NCBI GenBank assembly: GCA_012295275.1
Contig: CM022670.1
Coordinates: 35,712,001-35,776,000, forward strand
DNA length: 64,000 bases
Origin: Chrysomallon squamiferum
Lineage: Eukaryota > Animalia > Mollusca
Direction: 5' to 3'
This document shows, piece by piece, positions 26,167 to 64,000 of the stretch (positions are counted from its first letter, which is position 1; every line of letters begins with the position of its first letter). Below the pieces are notes generated by a model. The model had not been told where the DNA came from. It worked only from the letters and a program-made list of their open reading frames with translations, and did no database searches. The position numbers were made by a program, and so were the translations under genes.

Positions 26167-26220
<54 letters not shown>
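25592..26220. repeat. Microsatellite cluster: (CT)n 25592-25677 and compound (GT)n(GA)n/(CT)n 26004-26220
   Basis: Directly visible dinucleotide runs. Confidence 0.9.
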
Positions 26221-26221
<1 letters not shown>

Positions 26222-28389
26222 ATGCATGGGGTATGTGCGATAGATACTTTCTTATGAGTGTGAGTGAATGTTTATCAGTTTTGTTATTGTATTTTCTTAC
26301 TTTATAAATTGTAATATCTTAATAATAAAAATAATTCCAAACAAGAATCAACTTTTTTGGGGTTGGTCTGGGACATTTTTAACAAACTTTAATCAGTCAT
26401 GCAGTTTATGAATACATAATACAGCATCCACTAAGTTAATATTAGGCGAGTGTGCTAAAGATTAGAGTGAACAGGCTGATTCATTGGCCTTGCACCTCTT
26501 CAGGTAGTTCCAACTGTACGTTTGTTTCGTGTAGCTGCGTTTTGGGGATGTGAGTATGGCAACTAACAAGTCCGTGAGTTTAACAACTACCACGGAGGCT
26601 GGATTTCTTTACCTTCCATATCTTTTTGTTTCAAGTGATGGTTTGTTCGTCCGTTTCCCTCAATACCCGTGTCTTTGATGTACAGGCCATCTCATGATGA
26701 GATGAAACTTTTGTCGATTGGTTGCTTAATTAGCAGCCTCTTGCGAAAAAAACAAAGCGTATGGTAAGAAACATTACGTTATAGATCTGTGTACATTTCA
26801 ATAGGTGTGTAATTGTTCTGGCGGTGAAATGAAAAGACTAGGAATTTCAATTGTTGTGTCAGAAAAGACAGATCGTTTCTACGGGCATCGAAGACGGGTT
26901 TGTTTACCTGTTAGATAAAAAATAATGTTAATCCTTGTGTTTTGTTCTGGACAAACTAATGTGTGAATTATCATTATATACAGCTGTTTCGTATTTGTAC
27001 ACAGCCAGCATGCTTTGCTGGGATTATACTTGTATGTTTAATTAGACATAATATGAAACAAAAACAAAACGGCGCAAAGTGTTAAAAAAAAAAAGACGTT
27101 TGCAGACAGACAATGATTAGTTCGCTTAATTAATTAGACATAAACTGCTAATGTATTATTCACACTGTTAATGTGTTAATTTTCTTCATGTGCATTATAA
27201 TCAGTATCAAGAATGCTATTCTGCGTGTAGTCATACAGATTATCTTGCAAGCAGAGATTAACATACAAACAGGGCATACGCTCGCGCCTTTTACAATTAA
27301 GTTATCAATTATACCACATTTCTCTGTGTACGAGTCTTCTTGACGTTTAAGTCGACTATCAAAAAACAACAACAACAAAAAAACTGATGTAGATTCAACG
27401 TAAATATTCATTATCTTGTTGATGAAATTAGTCATTTTGGGTGAGCGTGTACTTATTTCATTGCAAACGATAATAATCGTCTACCTTTTTGGTGTTCAAA
27501 AGGGATACATTTTTAATGAATTTTTTTTATACAGAAAACAGATTGAACTTAAACAATAATAAAATTGTAATTCAAAACATACTCTGTTGCATGACAAATA
27601 TAATATTTGAATGAAATAAGTCTGAAATCAGAATTACATGTCGAATAAGTCGATGTGGAATTTTTTCACCTCCATTTGGTGATTCACAAACTCGACAGAA
27701 ACGAAAACTGATTAAATAATTAACAGATTTTTATTTATTATTATTATTTTTTTAATTTAAAGACTTTTTATTAACGCTGGCGATCCCACGCAGTATATTA
27801 TAAGCTGCGTTCTGTTCTTTGAGGTCAAATTACGGTTATCTTCCGAAACCTGTAGTTACCTGATACAAGAGACAACTCTTTAACGTTGAAGATAAGTAAA
27901 TCGCCGTTTGAAATAAGTGGGGTGCGCTGCGAGATTTGTATCTTGCGTGCAGAAGTGAACGTGTTTACAGTTGCTCGTGAAAACTAGAACTGCATCAAAA
28001 GAAAGTACTAGCTATGGCCAGAAAGTCAGATGTATATTTACCTTGATTTACTACATTAAACCAACCAAAGCTCCTTGAGGTGCCCGAATGTTCGGAGGCG
28101 TTTACTGCATACAGATGTGAAAACTTGGTAGCATGTGTCAAAATAAGATGGATGATGAAGATCTGCACACTTCAGTATTCATTTAAACGGTGTGTTGTCT
28201 TCTTTCTGCAGAACTGTCTTCTGTTTAATGCTGTTTTTACGTAGGTCAGAAACTTTATTGTTTAATTCCTGGAACAAAAGTAAAAATTAAATTAAACTAT
28301 TGTCGTTACTACAGATCAGAGCAATACTTCTTTTTTTTTAACAACAAACAAACAAACAAAAACAACATCGTTAAAATTTATAAATTAAA

Positions 28390-28439
<50 letters not shown>

Positions 28440-30027
28440 ATTTTCTAGATATATTATTTTAATGTAGCCAACAAGTTGGGAGAGTGAAATAAAATTGAAT
28501 ATAAATATAATAATTTTTCGTATCTGTTTAACGATTACTAAATATAAAAGAAACGAATTAAAATGTTTTTAGTATGATGTATTTATGTGTGCGTGTATAT
28601 GACTATCCAAGTACAAATATTCAAATATATACATGCATGCAAAATCAGTCATTAATATGTGTGTGTGCGCGTGCGTGTGCATGCGTGCGTGTGAAACGAT
28701 TAACTTCCAAATTATTCTTGCTCTTGCTAGCCTTCATTTTTGTTACAAATAAAAACTCTCTTTACTTGTGTGTATATATACTTTGGCCTATGTGGGAGGT
28801 TCTAATATTTAAAAACGTGAAGATTGTCTTCTTTAAACTTGGAATTAATTATTCACTGTACCAGTCATAATTTTATATTATCCGAGATTCAAGTACGCCT
28901 TCTGTGGACGTACTATCAGGTTTCTGGCGTCTATGTTAAGGCCGAAATTGTCATGTTTTAACATTTACTAGTTTTGAATTTGTTAATTATTTATTCACTA
29001 GCAAATATTTTTCAGGTTATTGTCGTTTTAAATGATTTTTAGAGTTGTTAAAAAAAAAAAAAAATAAATGGTTACATTATAGAAAATAAAAAAATAGAAA
29101 TTTAGTAAAGTGTTTAAAATGCTTTTAAATTGATTTAATAAAAATGATGTTTTTAAAATCGGTAATAAAATCGTTTTTCGAATACTTTTAAAGTCACTTG
29201 TCTTAAGTTGTCTTTTAAAAAAAAAAAATAAACATTTCGCTGGATCGTTACGCTATTTCTAAAATTACCAACACATATGTCAAATAAATGTACGATAAAT
29301 GTCAGGATAATGGGAGGTAACTTGGACTCTGAAGTGGACATTATCAGCAACAGAACATTAGAATTATCTACTAGATCGACAACACATTGTCCGTATCAAA
29401 TAGCGATAGCGTTTTCTGCTTCATTTACTGCCTTCGAAATAATTATCTCGCCTAATTGCGAACCTATCTTGTTTTGATGCGATTGCTATAAGTAGTAATA
29501 ATAAATTTAATTAGCTTCCAAACACCTCGGTTATATCTTATTTGTAAAATATAACTATAAAAAAATATCTGGATATTTTAAATAATTGTAAAAAATGTTC
29601 TCTATATAACGAACCATCCACGCATTCAAAACAAACGAAAGCCGCTGTAGCAGAAATGATTGATCATTATAGAGTAATCTTTCGCTAAAACTTGGTCGCA
29701 ACCCTATATTTTTGAAAGCAGGGATCATTCGTATGTTTGTCCGACCATTAAGTTATCTCCAAGACATTCTTACGATAACCAACATGGTTTACCGTAATCT
29801 CGTAAAGAAATGACTCAATCGGCACCTGTGTCTAATACCAGATGAGGCACACATGCTCAGGATAAACCTCTTCAGAGAACATTAATAGAATGTAATGACG
29901 CAGTGGTTGCATGTCGTTAACGTAACAAAAAGATTTACAGCCAAATGGACTGACCATCTGCATAATAAAAAGCGATGTATATTATTTATTCATTTTGCTA
30001 ATAATTAAGGCGAAAACACGTCATTTT

Positions 30028-30030
<3 letters not shown>

Positions 30031-30104
<74 letters not shown>
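30031..30104. repeat. (CT)n microsatellite
   Basis: Perfect dinucleotide run. Confidence 0.98.
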
Positions 30105-30107
<3 letters not shown>

Positions 30108-32015
30108 CACAAACATTATTTATTACACAGAGTTCTAGCTCTATCAAAAATAGCTAAACATGACGTCTAACTCTGATACACATACAACTATTTAACTCTG
30201 CTAAGTTTATATTACATGTATTATCAACTCCCCATCGTCTTTAAAAGTAATAATAAAACGTGTTCAGAATTTCGTGAACAAAAGAAGTATTTCCTTTCAG
30301 TGAAAATGTTTCATTAATATGCAAAAGCAACAACTGATTGATGGTGACATTCATTTAACTAGATAAGATCTCGCGTCCGCTTATCTTTTGCACTAAATAA
30401 CTTCCTCAAACAAAACATGGGATGATGGCGTCGTTATATTTACTATACGATAAAGTTATTGGAGCTTAGCATGCTGTTTTATTTTCACAATTATAAATTT
30501 TTAAGAGATAAATAATTAGACTTGTTTGTTTATTTTATTTTAATTATTGTACTGTTTCACAATACTTTTTATTATAAGGAAAGAAAGAAAGAAAAAAAAA
30601 AAGGTAACCATAAAAACTACTATAAAGTTGTTGTTGTTGTTGTTGTTGTTGTTATTGTTTCAAATTAGCTTGTTGATTAGTGCTTTCATGATAAGCTGTT
30701 ATTTTTTTTTTTTTTTTTTTCATTAGTGACCAAAATATTTCCTATTAGGAAACAGGAAAATGATTTAATAATTGTTCTAATGTACCTTAATACATTTAAA
30801 TACCAAAAGTTATGATACGGATTTTTATAAACAGGAAAGAAGATACCAAAGTATTAGATAAATATATGTTGGACAGCACTAGCTGGAATAGTAGTTCAAC
30901 ATAAAACAATTAAACGAGTAAACAGCGAGGATAATTCCTGCAACCCAGCATGCTTCCGGCGACCATCACAATTTGTGAAATATACCCAAAATCTTGAAAG
31001 AGAAAAATGGTTACCAAAAAAAGATGTAAGGGGGAATAGCTCAGCATTCGAATGATGTGTTGTTGTTGTTGGTTAAGCGAAACGATCGTCTTTGATGTGC
31101 ATACTAAGGCTATTTCCCGTTCCAACCAGCCAGTTTCATGAAACAGATGGTTTAATCATTTTTAAAACAAAACAAAAAAATAATCTAAAACAAAATGATA
31201 ATGTTATGTATTGACTTATTATTTCTTAAAAGTGAAACAGACTTCTTGAAGTAAAGCTTGATCGAAACTATGATTAAGGTTGATCGAAACTATCATTAAT
31301 GTTTATTTACACTACCGATTTTATATGTTTTTACGCTGCTCATACTGAAAGCACCTGTTGTACTGCAAACGTGTAAAAACAGTCTAATGTTAAATTTACG
31401 GCGGCACGATGAAACAAGATTTGACATGTAAACAAATCTGAGTATATTCTATATATAAGAATATGTTTATAATAATTTAACTATCTAATAATATTTAAAA
31501 TAAGTCATTATTTTACAACTTTTGGTATTGACAGAAGTTTATTTAATTCGCAGTATTAACGCTATGAGCTAGTTAGCCTTTTTGTGACAGTATATTTTAT
31601 AATCGTGCAATACCTATTTTCGTATCAACAATATTTTCTTCGATGTTTTAAATCTTATCTATACATAAATATTTCTGATAACATAATACATTATTATTTT
31701 AAAATAACAGTTTAAAATATACTTTTTAAACTGTAAAGTTTTGAAAAGTGACAAAATATTGAAACAATCTGCATAATAACGTACTGTTAATGTACATATG
31801 TTTACACTTTACACTACAGTTTCGTTACTATTTAACTCATTTAAATTAGTCTAAGTATTTTTTATCGTTGTTATTTTAATAACTGCTTTTCCCTATGCAT
31901 AAAGACACATACAAAACAAACAACATTATAAGTTTTAACTGTTATTTGCTATTCAAGATCGATCTCAGATACATTCGATTTTATAGATGATGGTTCTGCA
32001 TAATATTTCTTCATA

Positions 32016-58977
<26,962 letters not shown>

Positions 58978-60437
58978 ACCATGTCAAAGATAAAAAGTGT
59001 AGATTAAATTATTGACTGGGATCCTCAGTGGTTAATCCAGAACTAGAAAGTGGAGATTAAATTGCTGACCGGGCTCTTTGGTTGAGTCATTAGAAGAAAA
59101 TGTAAATTAAATTACTGACTAATAAGTTGAGCCAATACTAGAAACTGTAGATTAAATTATTGACTAGGATACTGGATTGAGTCAGTATTAGAAAATGGAG
59201 ATTAAGTTATTAACTGGAATCCCAAGAGAAAAAGATATTAGAAAATGCTCATTTTAAATAGACAAGAAATGATAGAAAAATCATTAGATCCAGAGGAAAA
59301 TTCAAGAATAAATTAATTATAATACTTTATTTAAAAAGGCTAGCTCCTCGATTTAGAAAGTATTTCTTAGAAAATGTATTATCTATATACCTATCAATAA
59401 AAATATTTCTTATTTTTAGACACTTAGAGATCTAGAAATACAAATGTTTACATGTCTGTAAAGATTTGGAAAACATATGATACCCATATATTTAGAAGAA
59501 AAAGTATTTATATGTCATTCAAAGAAAATATTTATATGCCTTTTAAATAATTTTATAAGACTGAAAATTTATATAATATGTAATTTATCTAGAAGAAAAA
59601 ATATTATTTTGTTAAAGAAAGTTCATTTAGATAATTAATTTTTAAAAAAGAAACTGAATAGAAAAGTGTGTTAATTTTAAATTCATTTTCAAGCAAAGTA
59701 AACTAGTTAAATTAGTAAAAGACTGTTTACACTAAAATTACAAAATGTGTTTTGATTTAATGGAATGAATTATGGTCTGAAGCTTTTATTTATTTTTATT
59801 TGTTTCTATATTTATTTTATTTTTATTTCTTTTGTTGGTCATTTAATGTAAAATAGAATATATAAACTTCAGATCAGATCAGATCTTACAAAAACTCATC
59901 AAGAAATTGTTCTGAAATGTTACAGAGTCACAGAATTAATCTGTACAAACAAATTAGCAGTAACTCCATAAAACTGAAATAATATATATTTTAATTTTTT
60001 TTTTTTATTTATTTATTTATTTATTTACTTATTTATTATTTTAATTTATTTTTTTAAATTTTTTATTTTTAATTATATTTCATTTTTGGGGGTATTAATT
60101 GTATTAAGGCATATTCAGCAAGAAATTTTTTTTAAAAAGTATTTTAATAAAATTCACCAGTTAATTTTCATATTAAATCAACATGATTGACAAACTTCAA
60201 ATATACATGCATAAAAATACATTTTATAAGTGGACTTTTTTCTTACCAACATGTTTTGACCAAAACAAGAACAAGATTTTTATTTTTCAAATTCATCTTG
60301 TTTGCAAAAAATTTCTAATTCATTTCAGATGTTTTATATTTATTTTATATTTATGAAATATGTGTTTTAAAGAACTGTGATCAATTGATATTAAATATGT
60401 CAATTTATCTGTGATAATTAATTGTATTTGAAATCAT

Positions 60438-60448
60438 AATAAAATAAA
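60438..60448 (+). terminator. Candidate CPLANE1 polyadenylation signal (alternative at 59396-59401)
   Basis: Overlapping AATAAA hexamers followed by T/GT-rich sequence. Weak evidence in AT-rich DNA. Confidence 0.3.
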
Positions 60449-61008
60449 TTTTTACATTTTCCGAAATGGCTTTTGACTTTTGTTTTTCAAGTCATTTTTG
60501 TTTTGTTTAAATATTAATTTTACATTATACATATATTTCTAAATAAGAACTGGTCATATTTTTATTTTACAATTATTTCTCTGTTTTCATATTTGTTCTT
60601 ATCTCTTAAAATTGTTCTGACTTTTTGACTTTATTAATCTTTTTTAATTTCTTCTTCTTTTTCTTATTTTATTTCGAACTTCTTTAATTTTACTGCACAC
60701 ACATACACACAGACCTTGAGAACGAAATGTGATCAATTTGAATAACAATCCATAAAACACGTTATTATTATATATGAAATATTTTTATTATTATCAAAAT
60801 AATTAATTAATATCACAAGGGAAACTATAGTATAAATTTTTTAAACAGTTTTGTCACATAGATATCATCCCTAAAACATTAATAAAAAATATAAAGTTTG
60901 AATCATGCATTTTCTGAATTTGCAGAAGGGGTAATGCCAAAAACAGAACCTCTAGTCCTGAAATGTAGTTTAAATTACCCCTGATTGATTAATTATAATT
61001 ATTATAAA

Positions 61009-61039
<31 letters not shown>

Positions 61040-61253
61040 ATCATTATTATTATTTTAAAATTATTTATTTTTTATTACTATTATTATTATTTTTTTTTTT
61101 TTTGTAATTGCTTTTCACCTTAAAGTTAAAAATGTATGATCAAAAGGAAAATGGTTGTAAATCAAAACATACTACATACATTCATTAACAGTATTGTTTA
61201 GACCCTTTTTAAAGTGTAAATCTTTCCTGATAAATCAATAAAAATACTATTTA

Positions 61254-62358
61254 TTAGATTTGTTAAATAGTTTCTAATACATTTAGCTCTATTTTAAATC
61301 ATTTTATGTATCATTATAGATTTATTTGCAGTATAAATTTTTGCTGATAAATCAATTCAATGGATTTCAGCATAAAACAGGAACATTTAATTTTTTTAAC
61401 ACTGTGGTCATACATTATTTATTTATTTATTATTTATTTATTTCTCTTTATATATATATATATATTTAAAAAAACAAACAAAAAAACAATGCCACATAAC
61501 TTACTTAATGGATTCTGTATAAAATGAATAGGTGAATATGAAAAGTATGAGATTACAGCTGGCATTTGACCAAAACTTTATTTTCTCTATGAAAAACAAA
61601 GGATAGAAATAAGAAATTCAGTTTTTTTATCACTGAACTTATTTTATCATGTGTCATAGCACAAAAACATCACCAGAAACTAAAATATGAATACAGTGTT
61701 AAAAAAAATAAAATAAAATAATAAAAAAAGGAAAAAAAAGAATTAAGAAATTTTTGTTTTTTATCAGAATATTAAACTAATATATCATAGCACAAAAAAG
61801 TCACCAGAAACCAAAATGTGAATACAGTGTGATTATAACTGCTTAGTGTTTGACATTTCTTAACAACAGTTTTCATTTTCTTTATGGTAATATCCCTGAC
61901 AAATTATTTCAAAATGAATATGTTAGATATCAGCAGATATTTATGGGTGTTTTGGGGGGGTTTCTTTGTTGTTTAACGTATTTAAAAAACATTTTATATA
62001 GAATCCATTAAGTAAGATAAGTGGTTATTTGTTTCCTATTGTTGTTTCTTTTTTTGATGTATTTAAAAAACTTTTTATACAGTATACATTAAACAGATTA
62101 ATACTTCAAAATCTAAGTCAGGTAAATCACATACCACCTTCTACATTTTCATTATTAGTAAACACAACATTTATAACTGATTAAAATTAACAGAAGCATT
62201 ATCATGTAAAAACACTTATCTAAAATCAAAACATTATGATATTAAATGTCATCCACTATAAAAATTGCATTAGAAAAATATCACAGCTATATAGTTAAAA
62301 TTTTCTTAAAGCTTAAAAATTATGAAAGTGTTAATTGGTAATTACAGATAAGCATGTT

Positions 62359-62394
<36 letters not shown>

Positions 62395-63238
62395 AAGAAA
62401 GAAAAGAAAAAAATGTGCCAAAAAGTTAAAAATTTGGTTAATAAGTTTAAATATATGAAAACTTTCAAAATAAAATGAAATATTTAACTTACCTGCTGTA
62501 TCATTTTCATATGTAAGAAATATGAAATGAAATATATATTCACCAAGTTGAACAACAATAAGTACCAGTACATCTCAATAAAATAAAAATCATAAAAAGA
62601 TTTAAACATGAATGTGAAGTAATATTTTAAGTACCTAGAAACTTGTAATAATACAAGAAGCTTCTAACACACATCAAGAAAGGTAACAAGCAAATTATGA
62701 CTTTTTACTTAAATTATACCACACTATATACATTAGATTTATTGAAAAGGTTATGATAAATTTTGCTATATTTTAAATCATTTTATGTATAATTATAAAT
62801 TTATTTGCAGTAGACATTTTTTGCTGATAAATCAGTTCAGTGAAATTTAGTTCAGATACTAGGAACATTTATTTTTTTAATAGTTTGGTTAAACATTGCC
62901 AAATGTGAGAATAGGTGAATGTGAAAAGTCTTTTAAAAATTATGAAATACGGTTGCCATTTGATCAAAACTCAATTTTCTCTGGAAAAAAAAAGAAAAAA
63001 AAAAGTAAAGAAATTTAGTTTTTTATCATAATATTAAACTAATATGTCATAGCACAAAAAAGTCACCAGAAACCAAAATATGAATACAGTGTGGTTATAA
63101 CTGCTTAGTGTTTGACATTTTTATTTTCATAACAACAGTTTTCATTTTCTTTATGGGAATATCCCTGGAAAATTATTTCAAAATGTATGTTAAACTATAT
63201 TCATAGACTGAGTAGATATCAGCAGATGTTTATGGGGT
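61254..63238. repeat. Diverged local duplication (~61254-61950 versus ~62733-63238) between the convergent gene ends
   Basis: Collinear shared blocks: TTTTAAATCATTTTATGTAT; TTGCTGATAAATCA; GAATAGGTGAAT; TCATAGCACAAAAAA.TCACCAGAAAC.AAAAT.TGAATACAGTG (3 copies); AGATATCAGCAGAT. Confidence 0.8.
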
Positions 63239-63283
63239 GACATTTTTTTTTCATTTTATTTTTTTTTTTTTTCAATTTTTATT

Positions 63284-63414
63284 TTATATCTTTGTCCATC
63301 TCTTTTTCAAACTTTTTGGAAATTGATCTGGATCTGTGATGAGACAGCCTTTTCTTTCATATGATATCAACAAATTTTTCCAAACTGGATCTACCTCGAG
63401 TAGATTCTTGTTGC
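63284..63414 (-). CDS. Terminal coding exon of a probable UPF1-like superfamily-1 helicase (HELZ2-like); rest of the gene lies beyond the window
   Basis: cttcag acceptor, phase 1: (G)NKNLLEVDPVWKNLLISYERKGCLITDPDQFPKSLKKRWTKI*. GNxxLLxxDPxWxxLLxxYxxKGCL resembles the segment after motif VI (TRA...GLIIVGN) in UPF1/HELZ/HELZ2-type helicases. Confidence 0.65.
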
Positions 63415-63523
63415 CTGAAGATTTAATAAACCAGTTTTAATCAGAAAACATACTGCAATAAACCACATATGTATAACATTTGCATAAATTAACTATTGGT
63501 GTCTTCTTCTTCTTTTCTTTTTT

Positions 63524-63556
<33 letters not shown>

Positions 63557-64000
63557 CATAGTTTGAATAGAAAAATTATAACATTTTGCTGCTTGATATT
63601 TATAAAATGTTCTTTTTTCAGTTAAAGATTTAAACTATAATTTGCTAAAAACTGAATTCACCATTAAGCAAAATTAAAATTTGCTTACAGCAGCTGGTCA
63701 ACTTAGTATCATTGTATTTTTCATTTATGTATTTTAATTCTACTTACATTTTTTTTATAATAGACTTTATTACTTTTATTTACTCAGAAAATCTGAAAAG
63801 ACAGGTCATAAACTTTCTTCTATTTCCTCTTGGCATTGGCTCTGGGTTTTTTTTCAGTTAATTAATGAACAGGATCCATAGGACATCACTCTGGAACTAT
63901 GCATAGAGCTCAAGTTGACCATAATCCTTATCTGACTTTTACTCTTTCAAGGAAACAATATACAATAAAGTAATTTCATGACATTTATAAATGAAATCTT

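Noticed and set aside
30910-31125. Minus-strand ORF with a hydrophobic stretch as the EGF-CFC signal-peptide exon
   Set aside because: No convincing phase-1 donor after the hydrophobic stretch; unsupported without transcript data.

Overview
AT-rich, microsatellite-rich eukaryotic (animal) genomic DNA with spliced genes. It looks invertebrate and probably mollusc-like, which is an inference from composition and gene content. Most short ORFs in the supplied track are spurious. Joining GT-AG exons by hand gives four genes. (1) A 4-exon orphan membrane-protein gene on + (4263-5711, ~190 aa). (2) An EGF-CFC (Cripto/Cryptic/oep-like, Nodal co-receptor family) gene on - (10356-15062); its signal-peptide exon was not located. 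(3) A complete 39-coding-exon CPLANE1 (C5orf42/JBTS17) ortholog on + (32016-58977, ~3315 aa, all intron phases consistent). (4) The last exon of a probable UPF1/HELZ2-like SF1 helicase on - (63284-63414). Also present: a hAT/Charlie-type deletion element with an 8-bp TSD, a TA-flanked MITE, several local tandem duplications and many microsatellites. Most notable: the EGF-CFC protein has Val in place of the Nodal-critical Thr; CPLANE1 has an exon-modular C-terminal motif and degenerate copies of its own last codons in the 3' UTR; and a sharp CpG-rich/CpG-poor mosaic is supported by a paired repeat. I found no convincing wholly new multi-gene system.
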